Shown here piece after piece: positions 29,997-39,428 of a DNA stretch of 64,000 nucleotides. This stretch comes from Vulcanimicrobiota bacterium (GTDB lineage: Bacteria > Vulcanimicrobiota > Vulcanimicrobiia > Vulcanimicrobiales > Vulcanimicrobiaceae): contig CAWGBN010000008.1 of the NCBI GenBank assembly GCA_963820825.1, forward strand, positions 512,001 through 576,000, written 5' to 3'. The translations under genes were made by a program, and so were the position numbers. A model generated the notes under the pieces. That model was not told the origin of the DNA. It was given only the letters and a program-made list of their open reading frames with translations, and searched no databases. Within the stretch, counting starts at the first letter, position 1. Every line of letters starts with the position of its first letter.

Positions 29997-30029
29997 ATCA
30001 TTGACTCTTGCACCATCGATGGAGCACCT

Positions 30030-30878
30030 GTGGCCAACGCTACCGACGAACGACGCCTCGAGCTGAGCGATTTCCTTAGAACCCGGCGCGCCAAGATTGC
30101 GCCGTCAGACGTCGGTCTGCCCGACGGGCCCCGCCGGCGCACGCCAGGATTGCGGCGCGAAGAGGTCGCGCTGCTGGCCAATATCGGCGCGACCTGGTAC
30201 ACGCGGCTCGAACAGGGCCTGCCGATCAACGTCTCGGCCGACGTGGTCGCCGCGATTTCGCGCGCGCTGCGCTTAACCTCCGACGAGCGGCGCCATCTCT
30301 ATCTTCTCGCCGGACTTCCGCTGACGGTCGCTCCGCAAGAGGAAGAGCGCGTGAGCGAACTCGTGCTGCGCATCCTGGCCGCGCTCGATCCCTCACCGGC
30401 CTACATTCGCGGACGCCGCTGGGACGTGCTGGCGTGGAACAAAGCCGCGGACGCGCTCAACGATTTCTCGCTTGCGACCGGACCCGCACGTAATCTCGTC
30501 TGGCGCCTCTTCCGCGATACCACGCTGCAGTGCCGATTGGGCGATCCGGGGTGTACCCGACGCCGCTGCGTCGCGCAGTTTCGCGCGGTCGCCGCAAAGT
30601 ATCCGAACGACCCGGGTTTTCTCGAGCTGATCGACGATCTCAAAACGAACTCGCAGGAGTTCAGACAGCTCTGGGCCGAGCACGACGTCTTAGGCTCGAC
30701 CGAGGGTCTCAAGCAGTTCATTCATCCCGACGCCGGCGAGCTGATTTTAGATCACACCACCTTCGAGCTTCCCGGCGACGGCGATATCCGCATGGTCGTG
30801 CTGACCGCCGCGCCGGGTTCGGAGAGCGAGCGCAAGCTGCGCATGCTCGTGCCCTCGGCGGTCGCCGTCTCGCCCTGA
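30030..30878 (+). CDS. MmyB-family XRE transcriptional regulator
   Basis: FLRTRRA...RRRTPGLRREEVALLA...WYTRLEQG; PAS-like C-domain. Confidence 0.93.
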   Translation: MANATDERRLELSDFLRTRRAKIAPSDVGLPDGPRRRTPGLRREEVALLANIGATWYTRLEQGLPINVSADVVAAISRALRLTSDERRHLYLLAGLPLTVAPQEEERVSELVLRILAALDPSPAYIRGRRWDVLAWNKAADALNDFSLATGPARNLVWRLFRDTTLQCRLGDPGCTRRRCVAQFRAVAAKYPNDPGFLELIDDLKTNSQEFRQLWAEHDVLGSTEGLKQFIHPDAGELILDHTTFELPGDGDIRMVVLTAAPGSESERKLRMLVPSAVAVSP

Positions 30879-32258
30879 ACGCGCCGGAGACGCCGCGGTC
30901 GCAGCGATACGCGAGCGGCCGTGGTCTGCGATCGAATGCTCCGCGTTCGGACCACGGGCGCTGGGAAGGCGAACGCGCGATCGACGCGCTGACGCTCATC
31001 GAGGAATCGAACGCCGGACGCATTCCCGGCCTAGTGCCGTTGAAGAACGCGCGCATGGCCGAATCGCCCTTTTCGTTCTTTCGCGGCTGCGCGATCGTGC
31101 AAGCGCGCGATCTCGAAACGACGCCGGCGAGCGGCACGCTCGTGCAGCTCTGCGGCGACTGCCACATTGTGAACTTCGGCGGCTTCGCGACGCCGGAGCG
31201 CAATCTCATCTTCGACATCAACGATTTCGACGAGACCTTCCCCGGCCCGTGGGAGTGGGACGTGAAGCGTCTTGCGGTGAGCGCCGTGCTTGCGGCGCGC
31301 GACCGCGCCTTCTCCAAGAGCGTCGCAAGCGATGCGGCTCGCGCGGCGGTCGCGTCGTACCGCGAACACATGGCGGAGTACGCGCGCGAGTCGCTGCTCG
31401 ACGTCTGGTACGCGCGGATCGAGTTTTCGGATCTGCGCGATTTCTTTCGGCGCAATGCCTCGGTCGTAGGCGACTTGTCCGACGCGGAGGCCTACGCCCG
31501 CCGCCGAACCTCCGAGAGCGTCCTTCCGAAGTTTGCGACGATTCAAGACGGACGCGTGAGCATCGTCGACGACCCGCCGCTGATCTACCATTTCCACGAG
31601 CACGAGCAAGAATCGAATGCGCTGATGCGCGAGTTCTTCGAACGCTACCGGGGCACGCTCAGCGCCGACCGCCAGCATCTCTTCGACCGCTATCGCCTCG
31701 CCGATATCGCGATCAAAGTCGTCGGCGTCGGCAGCGTCGGCACGCGCTGCGCGATCGGCCTCTTCCTGGCCAACTCCGCCGACGCGCTATTTCTTCAAGT
31801 CAAAGAGGCGCGCCGGTCGGTGCTGGAATCGCCGCAGGGCGCGAGCCGCTTCGCGCATCAGGGAGAGCGCGTCGTTACCGGTCAGCGGTTGATGCAGGCT
31901 GCGAGCGACATCTTTCTCGGTTGGGCCGAGCTTCCGCCGTCGTCGGAGTATTACGTGCGGCAGATGCGCGACATGAAAGTATCGGTCGACCTCAAGACCT
32001 TTCGCGCCTCGACGCTCGTCGATTACGCCGCGATCTGCGGCTGGGCGCTCGCGCGCGGACACGCCAAAGCCGGCGATCCGGCGACAATTGCCCGGATACT
32101 TGGGAAAATCGGATCGCTTCGACGCCGCGATCGTGCGCTACGCGCACGCATATGCCGACCAAGTCGAGCGCGACTACGCGGCCTTCAAAGCGGCGATTGC
32201 CGCCGGGCGCTTCTGCGTGGACACCGGGGAGTTCGCCGAGCCCGATTTTATTCCGTAG
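30875..32258 (+). CDS. DUF2252 kinase-like protein (one +1 frameshift near 32092; probable CTG start)
   Basis: SPFSFFRG, CGDCHIVNFG, FDINDFDE, GVGSVG; removing one C restores IAGYLGKSDRFD... Confidence 0.85.
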
Positions 32259-32268
32259 CCGTTGGTCT

Positions 32269-32601
32269 TTAACTGAAGATCGCGGAGATCAAGGCCGCGA
32301 TTCCGAGAATGGCGATCATCCCCGCAACGTACCCGGCCGACGAGCGCGGCGCTTCGGGATGGCGCCTGTGGAACTTGCGCAGCTCGAGCAGAAATAAGAA
32401 AAGCGCGATCAATCCGAATGCGATCATCATAATCCCGATCACCTGCGGGCTTACGATGCCGCCGGGACCCGCCTTACGCGCGCGACCCTCGAAAAACTTA
32501 TCGATCGTGAACCCAAAACTGATGAGCGTAAGCGACGTGCGAACCCACGCCAGCGTGGTTCGCTCGTAGGCGAGGCGCAAGTTGTCGATCGCGGCATCCA
32601 T
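32269..32601 (-). CDS. DUF202/YidH membrane protein
   Basis: LAYERTTLAWVRTSLTLISFGF. Confidence 0.9.
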   Translation of the reverse strand: MDAAIDNLRLAYERTTLAWVRTSLTLISFGFTIDKFFEGRARKAGPGGIVSPQVIGIMMIAFGLIALFLFLLELRKFHRRHPEAPRSSAGYVAGMIAILGIAALISAIFS

Positions 32602-32680
32602 AACGCACGCTGCGGCGCTTCGGCCCTCGCATCCTGCCCTTGTTGACGACGCTGCCGGCGTGATAGAATTGTGTGCGCCG

Positions 32681-32872
32681 ATGCCAATTCACGAAATCGT
32701 GCTGCCCGAGACCAAGCCCGAGATCGAGCATCCGGCGTTGCCGGGCTTCTCCTACCCGTCCGCGACCTATTCGCGGTACTGCGCCGCGCCTAGTCTCCGA
32801 CCGGCAGCATTGCGTCACACTTTCGGCGTCCCGAGCGTTGTAGCGCTCGGAACGAGGAGGCAGGATTCATGA
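32681..32872 (+). pseudogene. Internally deleted Uma2-like endonuclease remnant
   Basis: Uma2-like N-terminus (EIVLPETKP) joined directly to a Uma2-like C-terminus (HPALPGF); TGnTAGAAT upstream. Confidence 0.45.
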
Positions 32873-33492
32873 AGGCTCGACTGACCGCCGCCCTGTTGGC
32901 GGCATTTTGCGCTCTCGCCGCGGTGGCCGCGCGTGCCGATGAAAATCCGACCTACACCGGCCCGCTCTCGCCGGCCGAGCAACAGTTCGTCGCCTCAGTC
33001 CAAAAAGATCTCATGGCGCGCTTCCCGCGCGTCGAGGACGCGCAGAAGGCCGGCTACATCCGCTACACCAGCCCCGACGATACCGGCGCGATCAGCTATG
33101 CCAACATGCAGTGGAATGCCGATCCGACGCACCCCAGCCAGCTCTGGTACGACAAAGACGGCAATCTGATGGGCGCCGACTTCTCGATACTGCGCCCGAA
33201 TAAGGAGCCGCGTCCGGAGCTCTGGGGCATCAATCCGGGGCGCTGGTATCAGTTCAACGGCCACGTGCACTACGTCGTCAACGACAACGGCAAGATCATC
33301 TACGACCAATGGATTTGGGATCAAGACTTCGTCGATGCCGGAGGCGACCTCGCGCACCCATCGGCGGATACCATCGTCAAGATCGGACGCGTGCCGAGCG
33401 CCACCTACATTACGACGATCTTTAATTTTCCGACCCAGTGGGATCTCATCGTCTGGCTCAAGCCTCACCTTCCGAACGCGTTCCACTGGTAA
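32869..33492 (+). CDS. Hypothetical secreted protein
   Basis: Signal peptide ending ARA-D; GAGGAGG RBS. Confidence 0.8.
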   Translation: MKARLTAALLAAFCALAAVAARADENPTYTGPLSPAEQQFVASVQKDLMARFPRVEDAQKAGYIRYTSPDDTGAISYANMQWNADPTHPSQLWYDKDGNLMGADFSILRPNKEPRPELWGINPGRWYQFNGHVHYVVNDNGKIIYDQWIWDQDFVDAGGDLAHPSADTIVKIGRVPSATYITTIFNFPTQWDLIVWLKPHLPNAFHW

Positions 33493-33533
33493 AGCGGCGC
33501 AGCTTCTCCGGAGTCGCCGCGGCCGGAACCTTG

Positions 33534-33573
33534 TGTCATCCTGAACGCAGCCGCGTAGCGGCGAAGTCGAAGG
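33534..33573 (+). repeat. REP-like palindromic repeat
   Basis: TGTCATCCTGAACGCAGCCGCGTAGCGGCGAAGTCGAAGG. Confidence 0.8.
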
Positions 33574-33592
33574 GCGAAGGTTTAGCGGTTCT

Positions 33593-34495
33593 CTAGTTTG
33601 CAGCTTCTCGCTCGATGACCGCTTGGGCGAGGGCGGCGGGATCGCCGACGAGATCGATCGTGGTGATGCGATCGTCTTCTATCGTAAAGCGAAATGCGAC
33701 GCGCAGTTCGCGTTCGTGCATCCAAACCGCACCCGGTCTGCCGTCGATCAACACCGGCTGCGCGGCATTTGCGCGTCCGGCGAACGTCCGCGCGACGGAA
33801 TCCGCGCCCTCGATGCCGGACTGCAGCCGGTCGGTCTGCCAGTACTGCGCGCCGCCCATCGCTACCACCGCCGCGTCCGCGCGCAGCGTCGCTCGCGGAT
33901 CGAGCAGCGCGAGCAGCGCGGAGAAGTTCCCCGCCCGCGACGCTTCAAGAAAGGCGCGCACGAGTTCGTCGTGCCGCTGCGTCACGGTGTCGTGCACGGC
34001 TGCGCCGCGTACGCGCCGGCGCGCGCGGCTGGCGAGTTGGCGCGCCGCCTCCGGCGTCCTTCCGACGACGGCGGCGATGTTATCGAAGGGTACGTCGAAC
34101 ATATCGTGCAGCACGAATGCAACGCGCTCGGCCGGGGGCAGCGCATCGAGCAGAATCAGCAAGGCCGCGCCGATCGAATCGGCGAGCATCGCTTCTTCCT
34201 CCGGGCGTTCGCCGGGGGCGATCGCGGCAAGATCGCGGCGCGGATCGTCCGCCGTCAGCTCCTCGCGCCGGCTCATCCGGCGTTTCAGCACATCGAGACA
34301 GACGCGTGCGACGACGGTCGTGAGCCAGCCTTCGAGATTCGCAACGCTCGCAACGTCCGCGCGGCTGACGCGCAGCCAGCTCTCCTGCAGCGCGTCGTCG
34401 GATTCGGCCGCCGATCCCAACATGCGCTGCGCGATGCGCCGCAAGCGAGGCCGCGCCGCCTCAAAGCGCTCTGCGAGCCACTGCGCTTGCTCCAA
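33593..34495 (-). CDS. ECF41 (SigJ-like) sigma factor with C-terminal SnoaL-like domain
   Basis: RMLGSAAESDDALQESWLR, ERVAFVLHDMF, RQLASRARRRV, FLEASRAGNFSALLALL. Confidence 0.9.
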   Translation of the reverse strand: MEQAQWLAERFEAARPRLRRIAQRMLGSAAESDDALQESWLRVSRADVASVANLEGWLTTVVARVCLDVLKRRMSRREELTADDPRRDLAAIAPGERPEEEAMLADSIGAALLILLDALPPAERVAFVLHDMFDVPFDNIAAVVGRTPEAARQLASRARRRVRGAAVHDTVTQRHDELVRAFLEASRAGNFSALLALLDPRATLRADAAVVAMGGAQYWQTDRLQSGIEGADSVARTFAGRANAAQPVLIDGRPGAVWMHERELRVAFRFTIEDDRITTIDLVGDPAALAQAVIEREAAN

Positions 34496-34517
34496 CCATC
34501 CACCTCCCGGCGACGCC

Positions 34518-34545
34518 CGTCACGATTTACCGCACTCGATCCGTC
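34518..34545 (+). promoter_or_regulatory. Possible ECF41-type promoter CGTCACG-N17-CGTC driving the VOC gene
   Basis: Close to the ECF41 consensus TGTCACA-N16-CGTC (imperfect, spacer one base longer). Confidence 0.4.
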
Positions 34546-34570
34546 ATAGAGATGGAAGGAGAATCACATC

Positions 34571-34915
34571 TTGAAGAACGTCTCGCTCATCATCTACTCG
34601 GCAACCGATATGACCGCGGCAAAGCGATTCTTTCGCGAGCTCAACGGCAGCGACCCCTACGCCGATTCACCCCAATACGTCGGCTATAAGTGCGGCGACA
34701 TGGAGATTGGGCTCGTTCCCAGAGCAGCGACGACGGACGCCGGAGCGCTCGCCTACTGGACCGTCGACGACATCGCGGAGAGCGTAAAAGCGCTCGTCGC
34801 CGCGGGCGGCACCGTCGTGCAAGACGTTAAAGACGTCGCCTACGGCCTGCTCGTCGCCAGCGTCAAAGATCTCAACGGCTCGATCGTCGGACTACGGCAA
34901 TTCCCGAAGGGCTAA
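34571..34915 (+). CDS. VOC/glyoxalase family protein
   Basis: YWTVDDI...LVAAGG...KDLNGSIVGL; GAAGGAG RBS. Confidence 0.85.
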   Translation: MKNVSLIIYSATDMTAAKRFFRELNGSDPYADSPQYVGYKCGDMEIGLVPRAATTDAGALAYWTVDDIAESVKALVAAGGTVVQDVKDVAYGLLVASVKDLNGSIVGLRQFPKG

Positions 34916-34961
34916 GGGCGCGTGCCGAGGGCGGGCGGCAGTAGAACCGAATAGCGGTTCC

Positions 34962-37664
34962 ATGGGCCATCCGTCAGGAACGGTGACGTTTCTGTTCTCG
35001 GATATCGAGGGCAGCACGCAGCGATGGGAACGCGATACGGAGGCGATGTCGGCGGCGTTGAAACGCCACGATACGCTCATGCGCGAGGCAATCGAAGCGC
35101 ACGGCGGCTACGTATTCAAGGTCATCGGCGACGCCTTCTGCGCCGCTTTCTCCACCGCGCCCGGGGCGCTCGCGGCGGCGGTTCACGCACAGCGGTCGCT
35201 GACGGCCGCGGATTTCTCGGGCGTCGGTGGATTGCGCGTGCGCATGGCGATGCACACCGGCGACGCCGAGGAGCGCGACGGCGATTACTTCGGCCCAAGC
35301 GTCAACCGCGTCGCGCGGCTGCTCGCAATCGGTCACGGCGGTCAGGTGCTCGTCTCCGGCACGACGCGCGATCTGCTGCACGACGCGTTGGCGCCCGACC
35401 ACGATCTGCGCGATCTCGGTCTACACGGACTCAAAGATCTCTCCCGCGCCGAGCACGTCTTTCAAGTGCACGCGCCGCAGCTCGACGACGTCTTTCCGAC
35501 GCTTCAATCGCTCGAGCGGCTGCCGAATAATCTCCCCACGCAGCTCACCTCATTCGTCGGCCGCGAAGAGGACGTTGCGGAGATCGCGACGCTGCTGCAG
35601 CGCGGTCCGCTCGTCACGCTCGCCGGTCCCGGCGGCGTCGGCAAGACGCGCTGCGCGCTCCAAGCCGGTGCCGAACTGCTCGACGAGTTCGACGACGGCG
35701 TCTGGTTAATTGACCTCGCGCCGCTCGCCGATGCGACGTTGGTGACGGGAACGATCGCGCAGACGCTCGGCGTGCGCGAAACGGCGAATCGGCCGCTGCT
35801 CGAAACGGTCACCGAACACCTCGCCTCGCGCCAACTCCTCTTGATCAAGGACAACTGCGAGCACGTGATCGACGAAGCGCGCAACGTCACCGTCGAGATC
35901 CTGCGCCATTGCCCGCAGGTTCGCGTCGTCGCGACGAGCCGCGAACCGTTCAACGTCGGCGGCGAACAGACGCTGCGCCTTGCCTCGCTCGGAATACGAG
36001 ACTCGATCGCGCTCTTCGCCGACCGCGCCCGTTCGGCCGATCCCCGCTTTGCGCTGACCGATGCGAACCTGGATTCGGTCACGGCGATTGCGACGCGACT
36101 CGACGGAATGCCCCTGGCGATCGAGCTCGCCGCCGCGCGCGTGCGCGTGCTCTCGCCCGAACAGATCGCGCAGCGTCTCGACGAGCGCTTCCGCATGCTC
36201 ACCGGCGGCGATCGCAGCGCGCTGCCGCGCCGCCAGACCCTGCGCGCGATGCTCGATTGGAGCTACGATCTGCTCGGCGAACGCGACCGCGCGCTCTTTC
36301 GCCGGCTCTCGATCTTCGCCGGTAGCTTCGACGTTGCCGCCGCGACTGCGGTCTGCAGTGTGCCCGGCGAGATCGACGAGTGGGACGTGCTCGACGAGCT
36401 CACCGCGCTGGTCGATAAGTCGCTGGTCATCGCCGAGCCGCAGGGCGACGAGTTACGCTATCGTCTGCTCCAGTCGATGCGCGAGTACGCTCTCGAACGC
36501 TTGCGTGAGGCACGCGAGGAAGAGGAACTTGCAGAACGCCACGCGCGTTGGTACGCGCAGTTCGCGGCGAATCTCCGAACCTTCGTCGACGAGCTGGAAG
36601 ACGAACGCTGGAAACGCCTCTGCGTCGAGGACTTAGACAACATTCGGGCGGCCGTCGACTGGGCGCTCGTGCGCCGTAACGATCCGGCCGCCGGCATCGG
36701 CTTGCTCTCACACCTCGAGTGGCCGGAGATTCTCACCACGCCGCAAGAGGCGTTGCGCTGGTACGAACGTGCGGCGCTAGAGGCCGATGCGATGCCCGAT
36801 GCCGTCGCGCATGCGCGCATTCTGCGCCACTACATTTCGCTGCAGTGGCTGACGGGGCGTCCGCTCGCGGATCGTACCGCAACCGCCGAACGTGCCGTCG
36901 AGGCTGCAAAAGCCGGCGACAGCGACGACGAAATCGCGCGCGCGCTGGCAAATCTCGGCACCTGTTATAATTTCGGCGGTCAAACCGACGAAGCCGAGGC
37001 CGCATTCGTCGAGGCCTACGCGAACCCGGAGCGCTTATCTCGCCTGACACGCAACGCGGTGCTGCGGAGCTGGGCCGTGAACGATTTTCAACGCGGCGAC
37101 GTCGAGTCGGCGCATCGGCGCTTCTTGGAAGTGGCGCGTTCCGAACGCCCGGGAAGCGAAGCGCACGCAAGCGCGTGGCTAAACTTAGCCGAGCTCGAGT
37201 TTGCGAGGGGCAGCGTCGAAGCGGCGCGGGATGCGGCCCGTCGAGCCAGTGAAACGTACGCTGCGGTGGGTTCGAACCTTCTCATATTGGTGCTCTCGAA
37301 TCTGGCCGCCTATGCCATGGCCGCCGACGACCTCGACGACGCGCGAACGCGGCTGCGGGAGGCGCTGGCGATCCGGCACGGATCGGACCGCTGGCAGGTT
37401 ACCATTCTCGACCACCACGCGCTCTTGGCCGCGCTGCAAGGCGACCGCCGGCGCGGAGCGATGCTGCTCGGATTTACCGATGCGCACTATCGCGCCCGGG
37501 GCGAAGTGCGTCAAAGCACCGAACGGCGCGGCCGCGAACGCCTCGTTCTACTACTGGCGGAGGCCTTTGAAAACGGCGAGCTCGAGCGATTGAGCAAGAC
37601 CGGCGAGGGTTTAACCGTGGAAGAGGCCCTCGCTAGCGCCGCGGCGATACATGATCCTAAATAG
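34962..37664 (+). CDS. Class III nucleotide cyclase + STAND (NB-ARC-like) ATPase + TPR-like protein
   Basis: FLFSDIEGST, GDAF, VNRVARL; Walker A GPGGVGKT, DNCEH, DGMPLAIELAA. Confidence 0.9.
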   Translation: MGHPSGTVTFLFSDIEGSTQRWERDTEAMSAALKRHDTLMREAIEAHGGYVFKVIGDAFCAAFSTAPGALAAAVHAQRSLTAADFSGVGGLRVRMAMHTGDAEERDGDYFGPSVNRVARLLAIGHGGQVLVSGTTRDLLHDALAPDHDLRDLGLHGLKDLSRAEHVFQVHAPQLDDVFPTLQSLERLPNNLPTQLTSFVGREEDVAEIATLLQRGPLVTLAGPGGVGKTRCALQAGAELLDEFDDGVWLIDLAPLADATLVTGTIAQTLGVRETANRPLLETVTEHLASRQLLLIKDNCEHVIDEARNVTVEILRHCPQVRVVATSREPFNVGGEQTLRLASLGIRDSIALFADRARSADPRFALTDANLDSVTAIATRLDGMPLAIELAAARVRVLSPEQIAQRLDERFRMLTGGDRSALPRRQTLRAMLDWSYDLLGERDRALFRRLSIFAGSFDVAAATAVCSVPGEIDEWDVLDELTALVDKSLVIAEPQGDELRYRLLQSMREYALERLREAREEEELAERHARWYAQFAANLRTFVDELEDERWKRLCVEDLDNIRAAVDWALVRRNDPAAGIGLLSHLEWPEILTTPQEALRWYERAALEADAMPDAVAHARILRHYISLQWLTGRPLADRTATAERAVEAAKAGDSDDEIARALANLGTCYNFGGQTDEAEAAFVEAYANPERLSRLTRNAVLRSWAVNDFQRGDVESAHRRFLEVARSERPGSEAHASAWLNLAELEFARGSVEAARDAARRASETYAAVGSNLLILVLSNLAAYAMAADDLDDARTRLREALAIRHGSDRWQVTILDHHALLAALQGDRRRGAMLLGFTDAHYRARGEVRQSTERRGRERLVLLLAEAFENGELERLSKTGEGLTVEEALASAAAIHDPK

Positions 37665-37680
37665 AAAGGACGGTGCACCA

Positions 37681-37866
37681 ATGTCCGACGTTAAATCGGA
37701 GGTCGCGAAGCTCATCGAGGAACATCGGCACACGCTCGAAGCGCTCCATAGTAAGCTCTCAACGATGGCGGGAGTCGACAAGGAGCGGCTGTCGCGAGCC
37801 GTAGACAAATTGAAATCCGCTCATGTAAAGTTTGCCGAAGACGCGCAGGAATTCGTCGTACACTAA
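37681..37866 (+). CDS. Small helical hypothetical protein (61 aa)
   Basis: GAAAGGA RBS; amphipathic helices. Confidence 0.65.
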   Translation: MSDVKSEVAKLIEEHRHTLEALHSKLSTMAGVDKERLSRAVDKLKSAHVKFAEDAQEFVVH

Positions 37867-37870
37867 CCGC

Positions 37871-39391
37871 TTAAGCGCCTTTTCCGGCCAGTACGGATTC
37901 GAGCACGGCTCCGACCGGTACCCCTAAGCCGACGCACGGGTTCCATCCCGGCGCGGCTTTGTACCGGTCGCTGCTGCCCGACGTCAATTCGCGAAACGCG
38001 TGGCTTGCCTTCACGTCGTACAGAAGCGGCGCAAAGAATCCCAGCGAACGACCGAGGCGCTGCGATAGACGCGCCGTCAACGCCGCCCACATCGGCGCAA
38101 CCGCGCTCGTTCCGCCCATTGCAAATGCCTTTCCGTTGAAATAGACGCGATAGCCGGGCGTCGCGTTCGCGGCAAAATCGGGAATGCCGCGCCCGGGTTT
38201 GGTTTTATACGCAGCGGCGACCGCCGCTGCATTGCGTTGCCACGGCGGAACGGCGAAGCGATCGCTGAATCCGCCGCCGGCCTGCGGCCAGACGATCTCG
38301 GAGCCGTCGCCGGCGATTTGCGTTCCGCCGCAGGTGTGCGCGAACGGACTCGACGCCGGCGCGAGCACGTGCGCCGTTCCGTCGGGATCGAGTTCGGCGC
38401 CGTTATCGCCCGAGGCGCAGAAAATGCTCACTCCCGCGAGCGCGGCGACGGTAAAGAGATCGTCGAGAATCGTCAATGCCGACGGCGTCCACAAGTACTC
38501 TGGAAATCCGAAGCTGACCGAGAGAATCGTGGGATTATGGTCGGTGTCGAAAATGGCATGGCGAATCGCGTCGAGCACTCCGCGCTCGTCGTCGGGCGCC
38601 GCGTAGATGACGAGCTGCGCGCCGGGCGCGAGCGCGCCGGCGATCTGCGTATCGATCGCCGATTCGAGATCTTTCGCCGTTTCGATGCCGTGCCGCAGTT
38701 CGGCATTGTCGATGCGCTTGACGATCGGCTTCTTCGCAGCGACGCCTTGGCTCTTCATGCACGCCGCGAAGTCGTCGGGCCGAAACTCTCCGCGCAGCTG
38801 CACGATCGCGATCGTCTGCCCCGAACCGTCGGCGTCGGGGAATCCATAGCGCGTAACGATATCTTTTGCCGAAGGGGGCACCACGTGCGGCTGCATTTGC
38901 CCGATCGCATGCGAGCGCGGCCATTGATGGATGCCGAAGACGCCTTGCACGACCGCCGCAATCTCGGGCGGCGCGTGCAGCGATTTCGAGCGATGGCGGA
39001 AGCGCCGCTTATCTTCGAGCTCGTAGATTCCGGCGGTCGCACCGAAAGCTTTGACCAGCTCCTGAATCGAGCCCATCAGCGTGGCTGCGCGCCAATGCGA
39101 CGAGACGATCTCGATTCCGAACCGTTTGCAATACCGGCCCAAGAGCTCGAGGTCGTCGGGATCGGCACCGGTCTGCTCTTCGAGCTCCGCGCGATCCGCA
39201 TACGCGCGCTTCGCCGGCAGGGTTGATCCCAGCTCGATCGCTCGCTGCACGTCGACCTTTCCGCCGCGCCGCGGGCGCAGCCACGCCGTTAGCCACGCGT
39301 TCGCGGACGAAAGCTCGCCTACCGGTGTCGCCCCCGGCCACACCGGGCGCTCCGTCTGCGGAATCGGAACCCGTTCTGATTTCTCTGTCAT
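37871..39391 (-). CDS. S53 sedolisin/kumamolisin-like peptidase
   Basis: ExxxD (ESAID), SGDNG, GGTSAVAP; pro-domain present, no signal peptide. Confidence 0.92.
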   Translation of the reverse strand: MTEKSERVPIPQTERPVWPGATPVGELSSANAWLTAWLRPRRGGKVDVQRAIELGSTLPAKRAYADRAELEEQTGADPDDLELLGRYCKRFGIEIVSSHWRAATLMGSIQELVKAFGATAGIYELEDKRRFRHRSKSLHAPPEIAAVVQGVFGIHQWPRSHAIGQMQPHVVPPSAKDIVTRYGFPDADGSGQTIAIVQLRGEFRPDDFAACMKSQGVAAKKPIVKRIDNAELRHGIETAKDLESAIDTQIAGALAPGAQLVIYAAPDDERGVLDAIRHAIFDTDHNPTILSVSFGFPEYLWTPSALTILDDLFTVAALAGVSIFCASGDNGAELDPDGTAHVLAPASSPFAHTCGGTQIAGDGSEIVWPQAGGGFSDRFAVPPWQRNAAAVAAAYKTKPGRGIPDFAANATPGYRVYFNGKAFAMGGTSAVAPMWAALTARLSQRLGRSLGFFAPLLYDVKASHAFRELTSGSSDRYKAAPGWNPCVGLGVPVGAVLESVLAGKGA

Positions 39392-39412
39392 CCTGAGCCT
39401 GTCGAAGGATGA
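39386..39412 (+). repeat. REP-like repeat, short form; contains the S53 start codon
   Basis: TGTCATCCTGAGCCTGTCGAAGGATGA. Confidence 0.8.
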
Positions 39413-39428
39413 TTCGCCGCTTTTTCGC

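Noticed and set aside
32085..32110. Programmed frameshift in the DUF2252 gene (GGGAAAA nearby)
   Set aside because: One extra C in a CCC run explains the break, and similar indels occur elsewhere in the window.
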